NCBI GenBank assembly: GCA_037444665.1
Contig: JBBILZ010000048.1
Span: 1 to 17,482 of the forward strand
Length of the DNA: 17,482 bases
Direction: 5' to 3'
From: a candidate division WOR-3 bacterium
Lineage (GTDB): Bacteria; Hydrothermota; Tepidihabitantia; SM23-42; JAOAFX01
This document shows positions 1-8,649 of this stretch, in pieces. The notes beneath the pieces were generated by a model that searched no databases, was not told the origin of the DNA, and saw nothing but the letters and a program-made list of their open reading frames with translations. Positions within the stretch are counted from its first letter, which is position 1, and each line of letters starts with the position of its first letter. The position numbers were made by a program, and so were the translations under genes.

Positions 1-134
1 TATGTAACCTGGCAAATTGGGTTGGTTTCAATCCTTGTTTTAATGGAACTTGCTCTCAAATTAATACCATAATGACGCCCATATCGGAGTATCGCATGTT
101 TCAATCCTTGTTTTAATGGAACTTGCTCTCAAAT
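1..134 (-). CRISPR. CRISPR array, leader-proximal end: two 37-bp repeats (25-61, 98-134), one full 36-bp spacer (62-97) and a partial spacer (1-24); array probably continues beyond the window
   Basis: Identical copies of GTTTCAATCCTTGTTTTAATGGAACTTGCTCTCAAAT; the reverse complement ATTTGAGAGCAAGTTCCATTAAAACAAGGATTGAAAC ends in the canonical ATTGAAAC handle; adjacent to cas4/cas2/cas1. Confidence 0.95.
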
Positions 135-419
135 AGCATTTTTCTGATAAGTGCCGTATTTTCAGCAGTTTTTGTTATTTCACTCGGGGGTTTTTTTAAT
201 ATTTTTGCTGTTAAAACCCCCCAAAAAAACAGCGTTTTTTATCATCATTTGCAAGCTCCAAGTTCCAACAAATTATGAAATTTCATAACAAATAAGTTGT
301 CAAAGACCACGCCAAAATAATTTTGGCACAGCAGTCATACATCTAAGATTCTGAAACAAGTTCGGAATGACCCGCAGAAATATATTCTAAAACAAGTTCA
401 GAATGGTATATGTCAAAGA
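135..419 (-). promoter_or_regulatory. CRISPR leader region
   Basis: AT-rich non-coding stretch between the cas4 stop and the first repeat in the inferred transcription direction; contains several inverted repeats and two TCTTTGACA motifs. Confidence 0.8.
346..405. repeat. Two tandem REP-like palindromic elements
   Basis: AGATTCTGAAACAAGTTCGGAATGAC (346-371) and ATTCTAAAACAAGTTCAGAATG (384-405); imperfect ATTC..GAAT hairpins; the first is 23/26 identical to 10497-10522. Confidence 0.7.
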
Positions 420-1381
<962 letters not shown>

Positions 1382-1384
1382 TCA

Positions 1385-2359
1385 TCACTCCTTGATTAAC
1401 TCATTTGCAATCCTGTGACATTCAAACTGAATAATATCGCTCCGCTTGATATTTCTACCACTATAGCGAATTGACTCGTCCAGAAATGCAGTAAATTCCT
1501 GAATCAGTAATGCCTTACCTTCTTTATTCAAAGTATAACCGTTTTCCAATTTGTCAAAATACTCTTTTTTCACTTTTCTACCGGCAAACAGATTGACCAC
1601 AACTTCATCAGCCCAGATACGAAAATTTTCGATCAGGTCAAAAACAAGAGATTTTTTATTGTAGTTATCAGTATGGATTATTCCCACATAAGGGTCAAGC
1701 CCGGCAATTATGCATGCCTTTTCCACCATTCCATAAAGTATTCCGTATGCGTAATTTAGTAATGCATTGAATTCGTCTTTAGCCGGGTTTCTGCTTCTGC
1801 CTTCAAATTTATACTGGTCAGGCATAAGAAAACTTAAACACTCAAAATAGATTCTGCCACCACTCCCTTCAATTCCCATTATTGTCCCACGCTGCTCATC
1901 AATAGTGCCGGTAATTGTATCAAGATTCTTGCGGAGGTTATCCAGTTTTTCAATATAGGCAGTAATTTCAGCGGATTTATGTGTCCGTGTGGTGCGCAAT
2001 CTTTTTAAAAATTCAATCTGATTATCAAACTTTTTTTTGACCCAGGAAAGAGCAAGATGCAAGCCCGCTTCAGTATCGGCAATTTCAATCTGTCTTCGCC
2101 TTATCAAGGTTGTGCTACCAATTCGGCTATGCCAGACCCGACCGTAAGGCTCGCCAAATTCATCCAGAAACACAATATCAATATTATTCTCCATCGCCAT
2201 CTTGATTGCATCGGTTGTAATATATGCCGCAGTGGTAATAAGAATAGACGATACCTTTTTGACCGAAACCTCAAAGACCTGCTCATCACCCCTTTTAACT
2301 CTAAAACAATCTCCTTCTTTATGGAGATAAGAGCCATAACTATTTATAACTAATTGCAT
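1385..2359 (-). CDS. cas1: CRISPR-associated integrase Cas1
   Basis: 324 aa; MGIEG, NALLNYAYGILY, GLDPYVGIIH and SLVFDLIENFR motifs; SD-like GAAAGGA upstream. Confidence 0.97.
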   Translation of the reverse strand: MQLVINSYGSYLHKEGDCFRVKRGDEQVFEVSVKKVSSILITTAAYITTDAIKMAMENNIDIVFLDEFGEPYGRVWHSRIGSTTLIRRRQIEIADTEAGLHLALSWVKKKFDNQIEFLKRLRTTRTHKSAEITAYIEKLDNLRKNLDTITGTIDEQRGTIMGIEGSGGRIYFECLSFLMPDQYKFEGRSRNPAKDEFNALLNYAYGILYGMVEKACIIAGLDPYVGIIHTDNYNKKSLVFDLIENFRIWADEVVVNLFAGRKVKKEYFDKLENGYTLNKEGKALLIQEFTAFLDESIRYSGRNIKRSDIIQFECHRIANELIKE

Positions 2360-2365
2360 TTTAGG

Positions 2366-2545
2366 CTATCCTTTCACCGACAGCCACGTATCTGCTTCAC
2401 CAATGGGGTTCGGCGGCAGTTTAGCGCGGTATTCGTCTATACGATAAATGGGTACCCCAAATCTCTTTGCCAGTTTAGTTGCTAAAGTCGTCTTACCAAC
2501 CCCGGGTAAACCAATAATATGAATAATCGGCAAATCCTTTTTCAC
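2366..2545 (-). pseudogene. Truncated P-loop kinase/ATPase ORF (59 aa; NMP-kinase or AAA_33-like N-terminus), not in the ORF track
   Basis: Manual translation from GTG: MKKDLPIIHIIGLPGVGKTTLATKLAKRFGVPIYRIDEYRAKLPPNPIGEADTWLSVKG*; hydrophobic strand plus Walker A GLPGVGKT; SD AGGAGAAGGTGA upstream; too short for a full kinase fold. Confidence 0.75.
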
Positions 2546-2563
2546 AAATCACCTTCTCCTTCC

Positions 2564-2600
2564 ATATCGATATATGTGCATATGTGCAATGGTGCAATTG
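2564..2600. repeat. 37-bp direct repeat copy 1 (putative operator), immediately after the ArsR stop codon
   Basis: ATATCGATATATGTGCATATGTGCAATGGTGCAATTG, identical to 2964-3000. Confidence 0.9.
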
Positions 2601-2601
2601 T

Positions 2602-2940
2602 TCATGTTTCGTATTCCACACCCTGTAAGGTCCGCCTTACAAATCCTTTCAACGCAATCAATATTTTACCAATTTCATCAGGATATTTTAACCAGTAATA
2701 ACTGCTATCTCCCCTTACCTCAAAACGAACAATCTCCAGATTTTTCAGTTGTGCCAGATGGTGGGAAATAGTTGATTGCGACCGCTTAACTGCTGTCACT
2801 ATATCAGTTACATTCATTGGTCCATTTTTGTACAACAAATTTACTATTCCATATTTAGCTGGGTCGCCCAATACCTTGGCAACCCGCGATTCGCGGTATA
2901 ATATTTCCTTCATTGGTTTTGTTTGAATGTCTCTACTCAT
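2602..2940 (-). CDS. ArsR/SmtB-family winged-HTH transcriptional regulator (no cysteines)
   Basis: 112 aa; KVLGDPAKYGIVNLL, SQSTISHHLAQLKNLEIV and the GDSSYYWL wing fit the ArsR pattern; SD AAAGGAGA upstream. Confidence 0.9.
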   Translation of the reverse strand: MSRDIQTKPMKEILYRESRVAKVLGDPAKYGIVNLLYKNGPMNVTDIVTAVKRSQSTISHHLAQLKNLEIVRFEVRGDSSYYWLKYPDEIGKILIALKGFVRRTLQGVEYET

Positions 2941-2960
2941 AAATCTCCTTTCATTTAACC

Positions 2961-3015
2961 TTTATATCGATATATGTGCATATGTGCAATGGTGCAATTG
3001 CACCATTGCACATAT
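2961..3015 (-). promoter_or_regulatory. Putative arsR promoter/operator: 37-bp repeat copy 2 (2964-3000) extended into a perfect 36-bp palindrome (2980-3015)
   Basis: Minus strand TTGCAC(2989-2984)-N17-TATAAA(2966-2961); palindrome ATATGTGCAATGGTGCAA|TTGCACCATTGCACATAT. Confidence 0.65.
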
Positions 3016-3059
3016 TTTTTAAGATTATTCTAACTCATATCATAAACATACTGGAAGCC

Positions 3060-3770
3060 TTATTTATAACCTTCTTTTTTTGAAATTTCTTTTTCCCTGT
3101 TTTTGACTTTTATAATCGTCCCGAATCCCCTTGATACTGATTTACCAATACCCCAGTAATCAGGAATTTCAAAATTAACCGAGAATGTGCCCAAGAAACC
3201 GAGCATTGGAGTGCCTTTGAGTGAAGCCTTGACTGGTTTTATTCTAATAATTTTTGCCTCAATCGGGGCGGGCACTGTATAGCCAAGACTTTTGGACATA
3301 GAAATAATATTGCCTACCAAAATCTTCTCAAGCAATTTCTTACGCTCTGCATAAGTTCCTATTTTCTGATAGTTCTCATAATTCTTCTCATTCAACGCCA
3401 GCCAGGGGGTGAGGAAAGAGTAGGGAGCCATTGTATTTATTGTGCCATAGGGTGATTCCTGAAATGATAAATTTTTTTTGATAATTCTGAACTTTTGATG
3501 AAAGAATGTAACTGTTTCACCAACTAAGTTTAGCTTATTAATAAGCTTCGCACCTTCATCAATTCCTACAATTATGCATCTATCGAAGATGTATTTGTAT
3601 TGTATAAGAGGGTAATTATACTTTACCTTTCCGCTTTCAGAGTGTTGATGAAGAAGTATCTCATTTGGATAAAGTCCTGCAATAGCACCACGAAGGTCTT
3701 TAGATTGAATATCTAGGTTATCTTTAGAATCACTTAACTGCAATTGGACAACACAGCTCAGAATTTTCAT
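3060..3770 (-). CDS. cas6: CRISPR-associated endoribonuclease Cas6 (Cas6b-like)
   Basis: LRGAI..LLHQH, YPLIQYK, TPWLALN and the C-terminal G-rich loop GIGKSVSRGFG. Confidence 0.93.
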   Translation of the reverse strand: MKILSCVVQLQLSDSKDNLDIQSKDLRGAIAGLYPNEILLHQHSESGKVKYNYPLIQYKYIFDRCIIVGIDEGAKLINKLNLVGETVTFFHQKFRIIKKNLSFQESPYGTINTMAPYSFLTPWLALNEKNYENYQKIGTYAERKKLLEKILVGNIISMSKSLGYTVPAPIEAKIIRIKPVKASLKGTPMLGFLGTFSVNFEIPDYWGIGKSVSRGFGTIIKVKNREKEISKKEGYK

Positions 3771-6130
3771 ATTATAATTGTCCCTGATGGTGATGAGTAG
3801 TTAAATCCTACTTCATCGTCATAATATCTTGAGTCCAAGAAATAAAAATTGCCTTTGCCTTTATATGCTATCTCGTCTGGATAAAATTTGTAAGCATTTA
3901 CGGATATAGAATTCATCGCAATCTCACTGGAAAGCTCTTTTAATTTTCTTCTTAGCTCCCATCTGTCTATCTTTTTTCCGTTATAATCAGCATAAATTTT
4001 TTCTATTTTTTCCTTTAGCAGACCGTCTTTATCAACTATTAAATTATATTGCTTTAATGCTCCTCTCAGTTCAGCTTTTATATCAAATTCATGCGGTCTT
4101 CCGTTCTCGAGATACTTATGTGTAAAATCCAAAAGACATTTTGTTCTATTTTCGCCTAAATCTTTGCGCTTTAGTTCATTAAAATATTCTTTTGCTAAGT
4201 CAAAAATTTGATTTTCTAAAATTTCTTCACGCTCACCAAATATCTTTATGGTTGCATCAATAGCAAGAGGATCGTAAACCATTACATTATATTCTCCACT
4301 CGGACAAAAACTGGTTTTTGCTTCAGGATCATATAATCTGATAACCTCAACAATCTTTGTCGCTTTTTTCCCTTCCCTATTACACCTGCCTGCAACTTGA
4401 ATAATAGAATCTAATGGTCCAAGGTCACGGATTACATAATCCATATCAATATCAACTCCTGCTTCAATGCATTGAGTGGTTACAACTAATGTTCGTGTCG
4501 AATTTTTAATTCTCTCAATTCTATCCAATCGCTCAAAAGGAATTACATATGATGAAAAAAAATAAGTCTCCCTATCTTTTGCAACATATTTAAGATTTTC
4601 ATAAACCCTCTTGGCTGAGTCCCGAGTATTAAGAACAATCATAATCTTGTCTTCATTTATTTTAGGTAGTCTATCTTTCATTTCATTGATAAAATCATCT
4701 ATGCTTTTAATATCTTTATGTTTTAACAGCAATTTATATCTGTACAGTGTTTCAAAATATCTTTCAGCACCTTTGTTTTCATTATTATCATTAGCGAATG
4801 GCACGAGTTCAATAGCTGTATCTATGATTTGAGGTTGTGTTGCGGACATAAGCAACAGGTAACTCTTGCCTATATTGGTAATGTATCTAATAAAAGTTGA
4901 AAATGGATGCCAGAGATGGGGTGGCAACGCCTGCACTTCATCCATAATGATTATGCTGTTTAAAAGGTTATGGAATCTCATAAGATGCTTTGGTTTATCA
5001 CTTAAAAAGGCATACAATAATTGGTCAAAAGTGGTCATCACAATTTGTGATTTCCAAATATTTACAAAAAACTCTGCTGTATCTGGTTCATACCCATTGA
5101 AATTAAAAGATGTGAGTGAATGAATTTTAAGGAACAATTCTTCATTGGGATTATTAAGAAATTTCTCATATTCTTTTGCTGACTGGTCAATTATTGAGAG
5201 AAATGGTAATGCTACAATAATTTGTGGAGTAAAACCAAATTTAGATTGCACCATATTTCGCAGTTTAATTGCCCATGATGCTGCCAATAATGTTTTGCCC
5301 ATACCTGTAGGGAGGGTAAGCGTAAATATATGATTTTTCAAATCAAGATCATTCAATCTATTTAAGACTTCCTTATAAGCCTTTTCTCTATTTGTGTTTA
5401 TCTTTGCCTTGCATTCTTTAAATACTTCTGACTTATATTTATCAATTATTTCTGAATCGATTAATACAGCCTTGCGCTGGTATAATTCCTTATTTTTCAC
5501 CGCAAGATACGCCTTATCTGCTTCCAACAAAAGAGAATAGATAAACAGAAACAACAACCTGAATTCAATTTTCTGCTCATAACTAAGATGGGATATATCT
5601 GAAAAAAGGTTTTCAAAACCACAATCTATTTCAATCGTGTTTATTGAGTCTACTTCATTAGTTAGTCTAAATTCTTTTAGTGGTTGCAAATTCAAAATCT
5701 CATTTCTAAATGCCTTTAAGCGCACATCCATTACCAAATCATATGGAAAATCTTTCTTAAATTCAGAATGATGGAACTGTATAGCCATTAATGGCGCCAA
5801 AGCAATTGATTCATTTAAATTGTTTTCTTTGCAGTAAGTTACAAGAGGCTTATACGCAAGGATAGCAGATAGTCCTGTATGCTGATGTTCGCCATTTGGA
5901 AATTTTTTTCCTGTTCGTAATCTGTCTTGGAAATATTTTGTTGCCTTGCCTAAATCATGGAAAAGTGCCGCTCTTTTAATAAGCTCTTTCAAATGTTCTT
6001 TTGTAATACCAAGAGAAGGAAAAGAAACTTCTTTATTTTCAAGAAGATTAACTACAATCTCAGCTACTTGTGTTAAATGTTTTTCCAGAGGCAAGTCAGG
6101 ATGAGATTTAATATCAGAAAATTGGCACAT
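3767..6130 (-). CDS. cas3: CRISPR-associated HD nuclease/helicase Cas3
   Basis: N-terminal HD domain (HL..VA, FHDLGK, HH, DK), Walker A LPTGMGKT, DEVQ, SAT, EAGVDID and QVAGRCNR. Confidence 0.97.
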   Translation of the reverse strand: MCQFSDIKSHPDLPLEKHLTQVAEIVVNLLENKEVSFPSLGITKEHLKELIKRAALFHDLGKATKYFQDRLRTGKKFPNGEHQHTGLSAILAYKPLVTYCKENNLNESIALAPLMAIQFHHSEFKKDFPYDLVMDVRLKAFRNEILNLQPLKEFRLTNEVDSINTIEIDCGFENLFSDISHLSYEQKIEFRLLFLFIYSLLLEADKAYLAVKNKELYQRKAVLIDSEIIDKYKSEVFKECKAKINTNREKAYKEVLNRLNDLDLKNHIFTLTLPTGMGKTLLAASWAIKLRNMVQSKFGFTPQIIVALPFLSIIDQSAKEYEKFLNNPNEELFLKIHSLTSFNFNGYEPDTAEFFVNIWKSQIVMTTFDQLLYAFLSDKPKHLMRFHNLLNSIIIMDEVQALPPHLWHPFSTFIRYITNIGKSYLLLMSATQPQIIDTAIELVPFANDNNENKGAERYFETLYRYKLLLKHKDIKSIDDFINEMKDRLPKINEDKIMIVLNTRDSAKRVYENLKYVAKDRETYFFSSYVIPFERLDRIERIKNSTRTLVVTTQCIEAGVDIDMDYVIRDLGPLDSIIQVAGRCNREGKKATKIVEVIRLYDPEAKTSFCPSGEYNVMVYDPLAIDATIKIFGEREEILENQIFDLAKEYFNELKRKDLGENRTKCLLDFTHKYLENGRPHEFDIKAELRGALKQYNLIVDKDGLLKEKIEKIYADYNGKKIDRWELRRKLKELSSEIAMNSISVNAYKFYPDEIAYKGKGNFYFLDSRYYDDEVGFNYSSPSGTIII

Positions 6131-6830
6131 TTTTATTCAATGCAGGTATTCTTAAAACATTCCTCGTATTTTTGAGCGGTACTGAGCTCCCTTCCAGATT
6201 TATTGTAAAGACTGTATGTTCAAAATCTCTTGGAGGTTTAATACCGCTTAATCCTTCAAATTCAGTTATCCTCAACTTACTATCCTGTGGCATATTATTT
6301 ATCTTTTCAAAATCTAATTCTCCGTGATGACCTCTTATAAAAGCACCTGTTACATCAATATCATTACCTTCTTTTACAAATTCGCAGTCTTCAACTATAG
6401 ATGCCTGAAAATCAGTGCTTGCTATAAATTGTGCAAGTCCGAGATAAGGAGTAAATACAGGCTTTTGTTGGTCCATCAACTCGTGAATTTTTAAAAGTGA
6501 ATCATCGTTCGCTGTGATATATACCTTATATTTGGGATTAACTATTACCTCTACAGACGTCCTTGAAGATTTTTTATTTGCGACACTACCGGGAAACTTC
6601 TGACGTGTCAAATATGGTATAGAAACTGTGCGATATTCACAACATATCTCAACACCACATTGAATTTTCTGAAAGAGGCTCAGGTCATCCTTTTCAATAC
6701 CTAAAACTGAACCTATAAAGCCTATAATTGCAGTCTTTGTTGGACACGGCTGCGTTAACCTATAAACATTCGTATATGGCGCACAGAAATGAGCAAAACG
6801 CCCATGCATCTGAAATGATAGAACTTTCAT
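6114..6830 (-). CDS. cas5: Type I-B Cas5 (Cas5b/Cas5h-like)
   Basis: GRFAHF..P, PCPTKTAIIGFIGSVLG and FTPYLG motifs; position between cas7 and cas3. Confidence 0.93.
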   Translation of the reverse strand: MKVLSFQMHGRFAHFCAPYTNVYRLTQPCPTKTAIIGFIGSVLGIEKDDLSLFQKIQCGVEICCEYRTVSIPYLTRQKFPGSVANKKSSRTSVEVIVNPKYKVYITANDDSLLKIHELMDQQKPVFTPYLGLAQFIASTDFQASIVEDCEFVKEGNDIDVTGAFIRGHHGELDFEKINNMPQDSKLRITEFEGLSGIKPPRDFEHTVFTINLEGSSVPLKNTRNVLRIPALNKNVPIF

Positions 6831-6842
6831 TGCAGTGCCCCA

Positions 6843-8033
6843 TTAATCAAAATCAATATCTGTAATTAGTTTGACTTTATTCTTTAGATTATTATGTAGC
6901 CCTTGTTTGAATTTTTCTTCTGTTATTAGTTCATTAGAACCAAACTTTATCGAATTAATTATTGCCTCTCTGGCATTAACTTTATCATAAAATTTCGATA
7001 AATCCAAAGTGAAATCATTAATGCTTCTATAAGCTTCTTCATCAATAGGTTTTCCGTCTCGTTCTTTAGGCTGCAATTTAACACTATTTACAAGGTCTCC
7101 AAAGTGAAAGGGCTTATTATACTCAATGTCAATTAATAACCTTGGCACCTGATTTTTACTGCGTGTATGCCTGTCGCGTGTGCCACGCCATAACGCTTTT
7201 AGAAACAATTCATGGTCTGCGTCAGTTAGACCTGTATATTTTGCAGCGTTCTCATTTGCAATTGCACTTGTTGCAAAGAGACCATACTCAATGCAATGTG
7301 TGTCGCCAATAATCCCTGCCTCTTTTTCTTCTTTACTTCCCATAACGCTGGTAATCTGTTTGTTGGATTGAACCACACGATGCAACGATGTTCCAACTTC
7401 TATCTGAATAGGACCGGTAAGGGGACCTCCCAATATCTCTAAATTACCTTTTAATGCAAGTACACTCCCAAACATGCGCAAATCTATGAAGACCTCACAT
7501 AAATATGCTCTTAAAGCATTGATTATGTCTTTTTGAACATCATCTTCTGATGAATCACCAATCCCAGTTTTATCTTTTTTTCTTTCAGGTGTTTCTTCTG
7601 CCTCTTCTTTCTTACCCTGAGTTTTTCCCAGTTTGTCTATAAGCGTCTTAAGACTATTTGGCGATGGCTCCTCAAGAAAATTTTTGTATGGGGCTTTAGT
7701 TTCATCTAGTCTACCTATTATCACATCTCTTATAAGTGTTACTGTTCTTGCTAAATTATTATTGTTAAACAAGTAGTTTACTATTCTGTCGTTAAGGGTT
7801 ACAGTTTCAGATATATCCTCGCCAAGCTTCGTAACTAAAATTGAATCAACGCCATATTTTACCTCAATATAGTTTCTCACCGACCTTTTAATACACACAT
7901 CGGTCACATCACATTTCTTTGTATGCCTGTCAATGCGCGGCTCATTTCCGCTTGGATCTCCATTTGGATTGCTTTTGCGGACTTCCCAGAGAAATAAGGT
8001 TTCGTGGCGATTAGTTAAAGTATTGTTATTCAT
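6843..8033 (-). CDS. cas7: Type I-B Cas7 (Cas7b/Csh2-like), unusually long at 396 aa
   Basis: SNPNGDP..NEPRID, VTDVCIKRSVR, IDLRMFG, TGPIQ and TRSKNQVPRLL motifs. Confidence 0.94.
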   Translation of the reverse strand: MNNNTLTNRHETLFLWEVRKSNPNGDPSGNEPRIDRHTKKCDVTDVCIKRSVRNYIEVKYGVDSILVTKLGEDISETVTLNDRIVNYLFNNNNLARTVTLIRDVIIGRLDETKAPYKNFLEEPSPNSLKTLIDKLGKTQGKKEEAEETPERKKDKTGIGDSSEDDVQKDIINALRAYLCEVFIDLRMFGSVLALKGNLEILGGPLTGPIQIEVGTSLHRVVQSNKQITSVMGSKEEKEAGIIGDTHCIEYGLFATSAIANENAAKYTGLTDADHELFLKALWRGTRDRHTRSKNQVPRLLIDIEYNKPFHFGDLVNSVKLQPKERDGKPIDEEAYRSINDFTLDLSKFYDKVNAREAIINSIKFGSNELITEEKFKQGLHNNLKNKVKLITDIDFD

Positions 8034-8253
8034 TTTCTCCTCCTTCTTCTATTATTGTTTCTTGTTTCTCAGACTTTTGCCAAACACCTGAGATAGTATC
8101 TCGGTTTTCTTCTGGTATCAAACTAAGAAGCTCATTTAATGCTTCTAAATTTTTATGATTTAGTTTTTCTTTGTTTCTATCTAAATAATCTGTGATTTTG
8201 TCGTCGCTAATTTTCAATTCTTTCAGTTTCTTTTTAATTGCTTTTACGATATC
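8026..8253 (-). other. 75-codon open frame continuing cas8b in frame after its TAA (includes track ORF 8026-8217)
   Basis: ...CTG AAA TAA GAT ATC GTA AAA GCA ATT AAA AAG AAA CTG AAA GAA TTG AAA...; ends overlapping the cas7 start and carries the cas7 SD (GGAGGAG). Confidence 0.6.
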
Positions 8254-8649
8254 TTATTTCAGAATAAAATCCCCTCCAACAGCCCAACCATGACAAAATG
8301 ATACAAGGGCTAAACGGTCATTATCACATTTACCTTTATCATAAAACGCAATCGCTTTTGTAAGCTCTTGAATTCTTGGGCTCGCAACAATCTTTTCCTT
8401 GTTTGTAATGTAATTCAGGGCTTTAGGATAAATATCCTGCAAAATGTCTTCATAAGTCAATGCCATTGTCCCAAGCCAATTATACGCTGCCAGCCTGCTA
8501 TTATCCTTTTGTAGGTTTTCCGCATATGAAAACAAACAGCCTACAAAGAACGGAGCAAGATACTGAGCATCTTTTAATAAAGGATGCATCTCAATAAACT
8601 TGCCTAAATCAGGCATGGCGGTAAATTCAAATTTTGTATTTTCTGTCAT
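8254..8649 (-). CDS. cas11: Putative internally translated small subunit Cas11b (131 aa, MTENTKFEF...)
   Basis: Full SD AAGGAGGT (8664-8657) 7 nt before an in-frame ATG at 8649 inside cas8b; internal Cas11 translation is established for types I-B, I-C and I-D. Confidence 0.75.
   Translation of the reverse strand: MTENTKFEFTAMPDLGKFIEMHPLLKDAQYLAPFFVGCLFSYAENLQKDNSRLAAYNWLGTMALTYEDILQDIYPKALNYITNKEKIVASPRIQELTKAIAFYDKGKCDNDRLALVSFCHGWAVGGDFILK

Noticed and set aside
2564..3000. 37-bp direct repeats as a second CRISPR array or IS target-site duplication
   Set aside because: No similarity to the array repeat, a 363-bp gene-containing interval, no transposase or terminal inverted repeats, and too long for a TSD.
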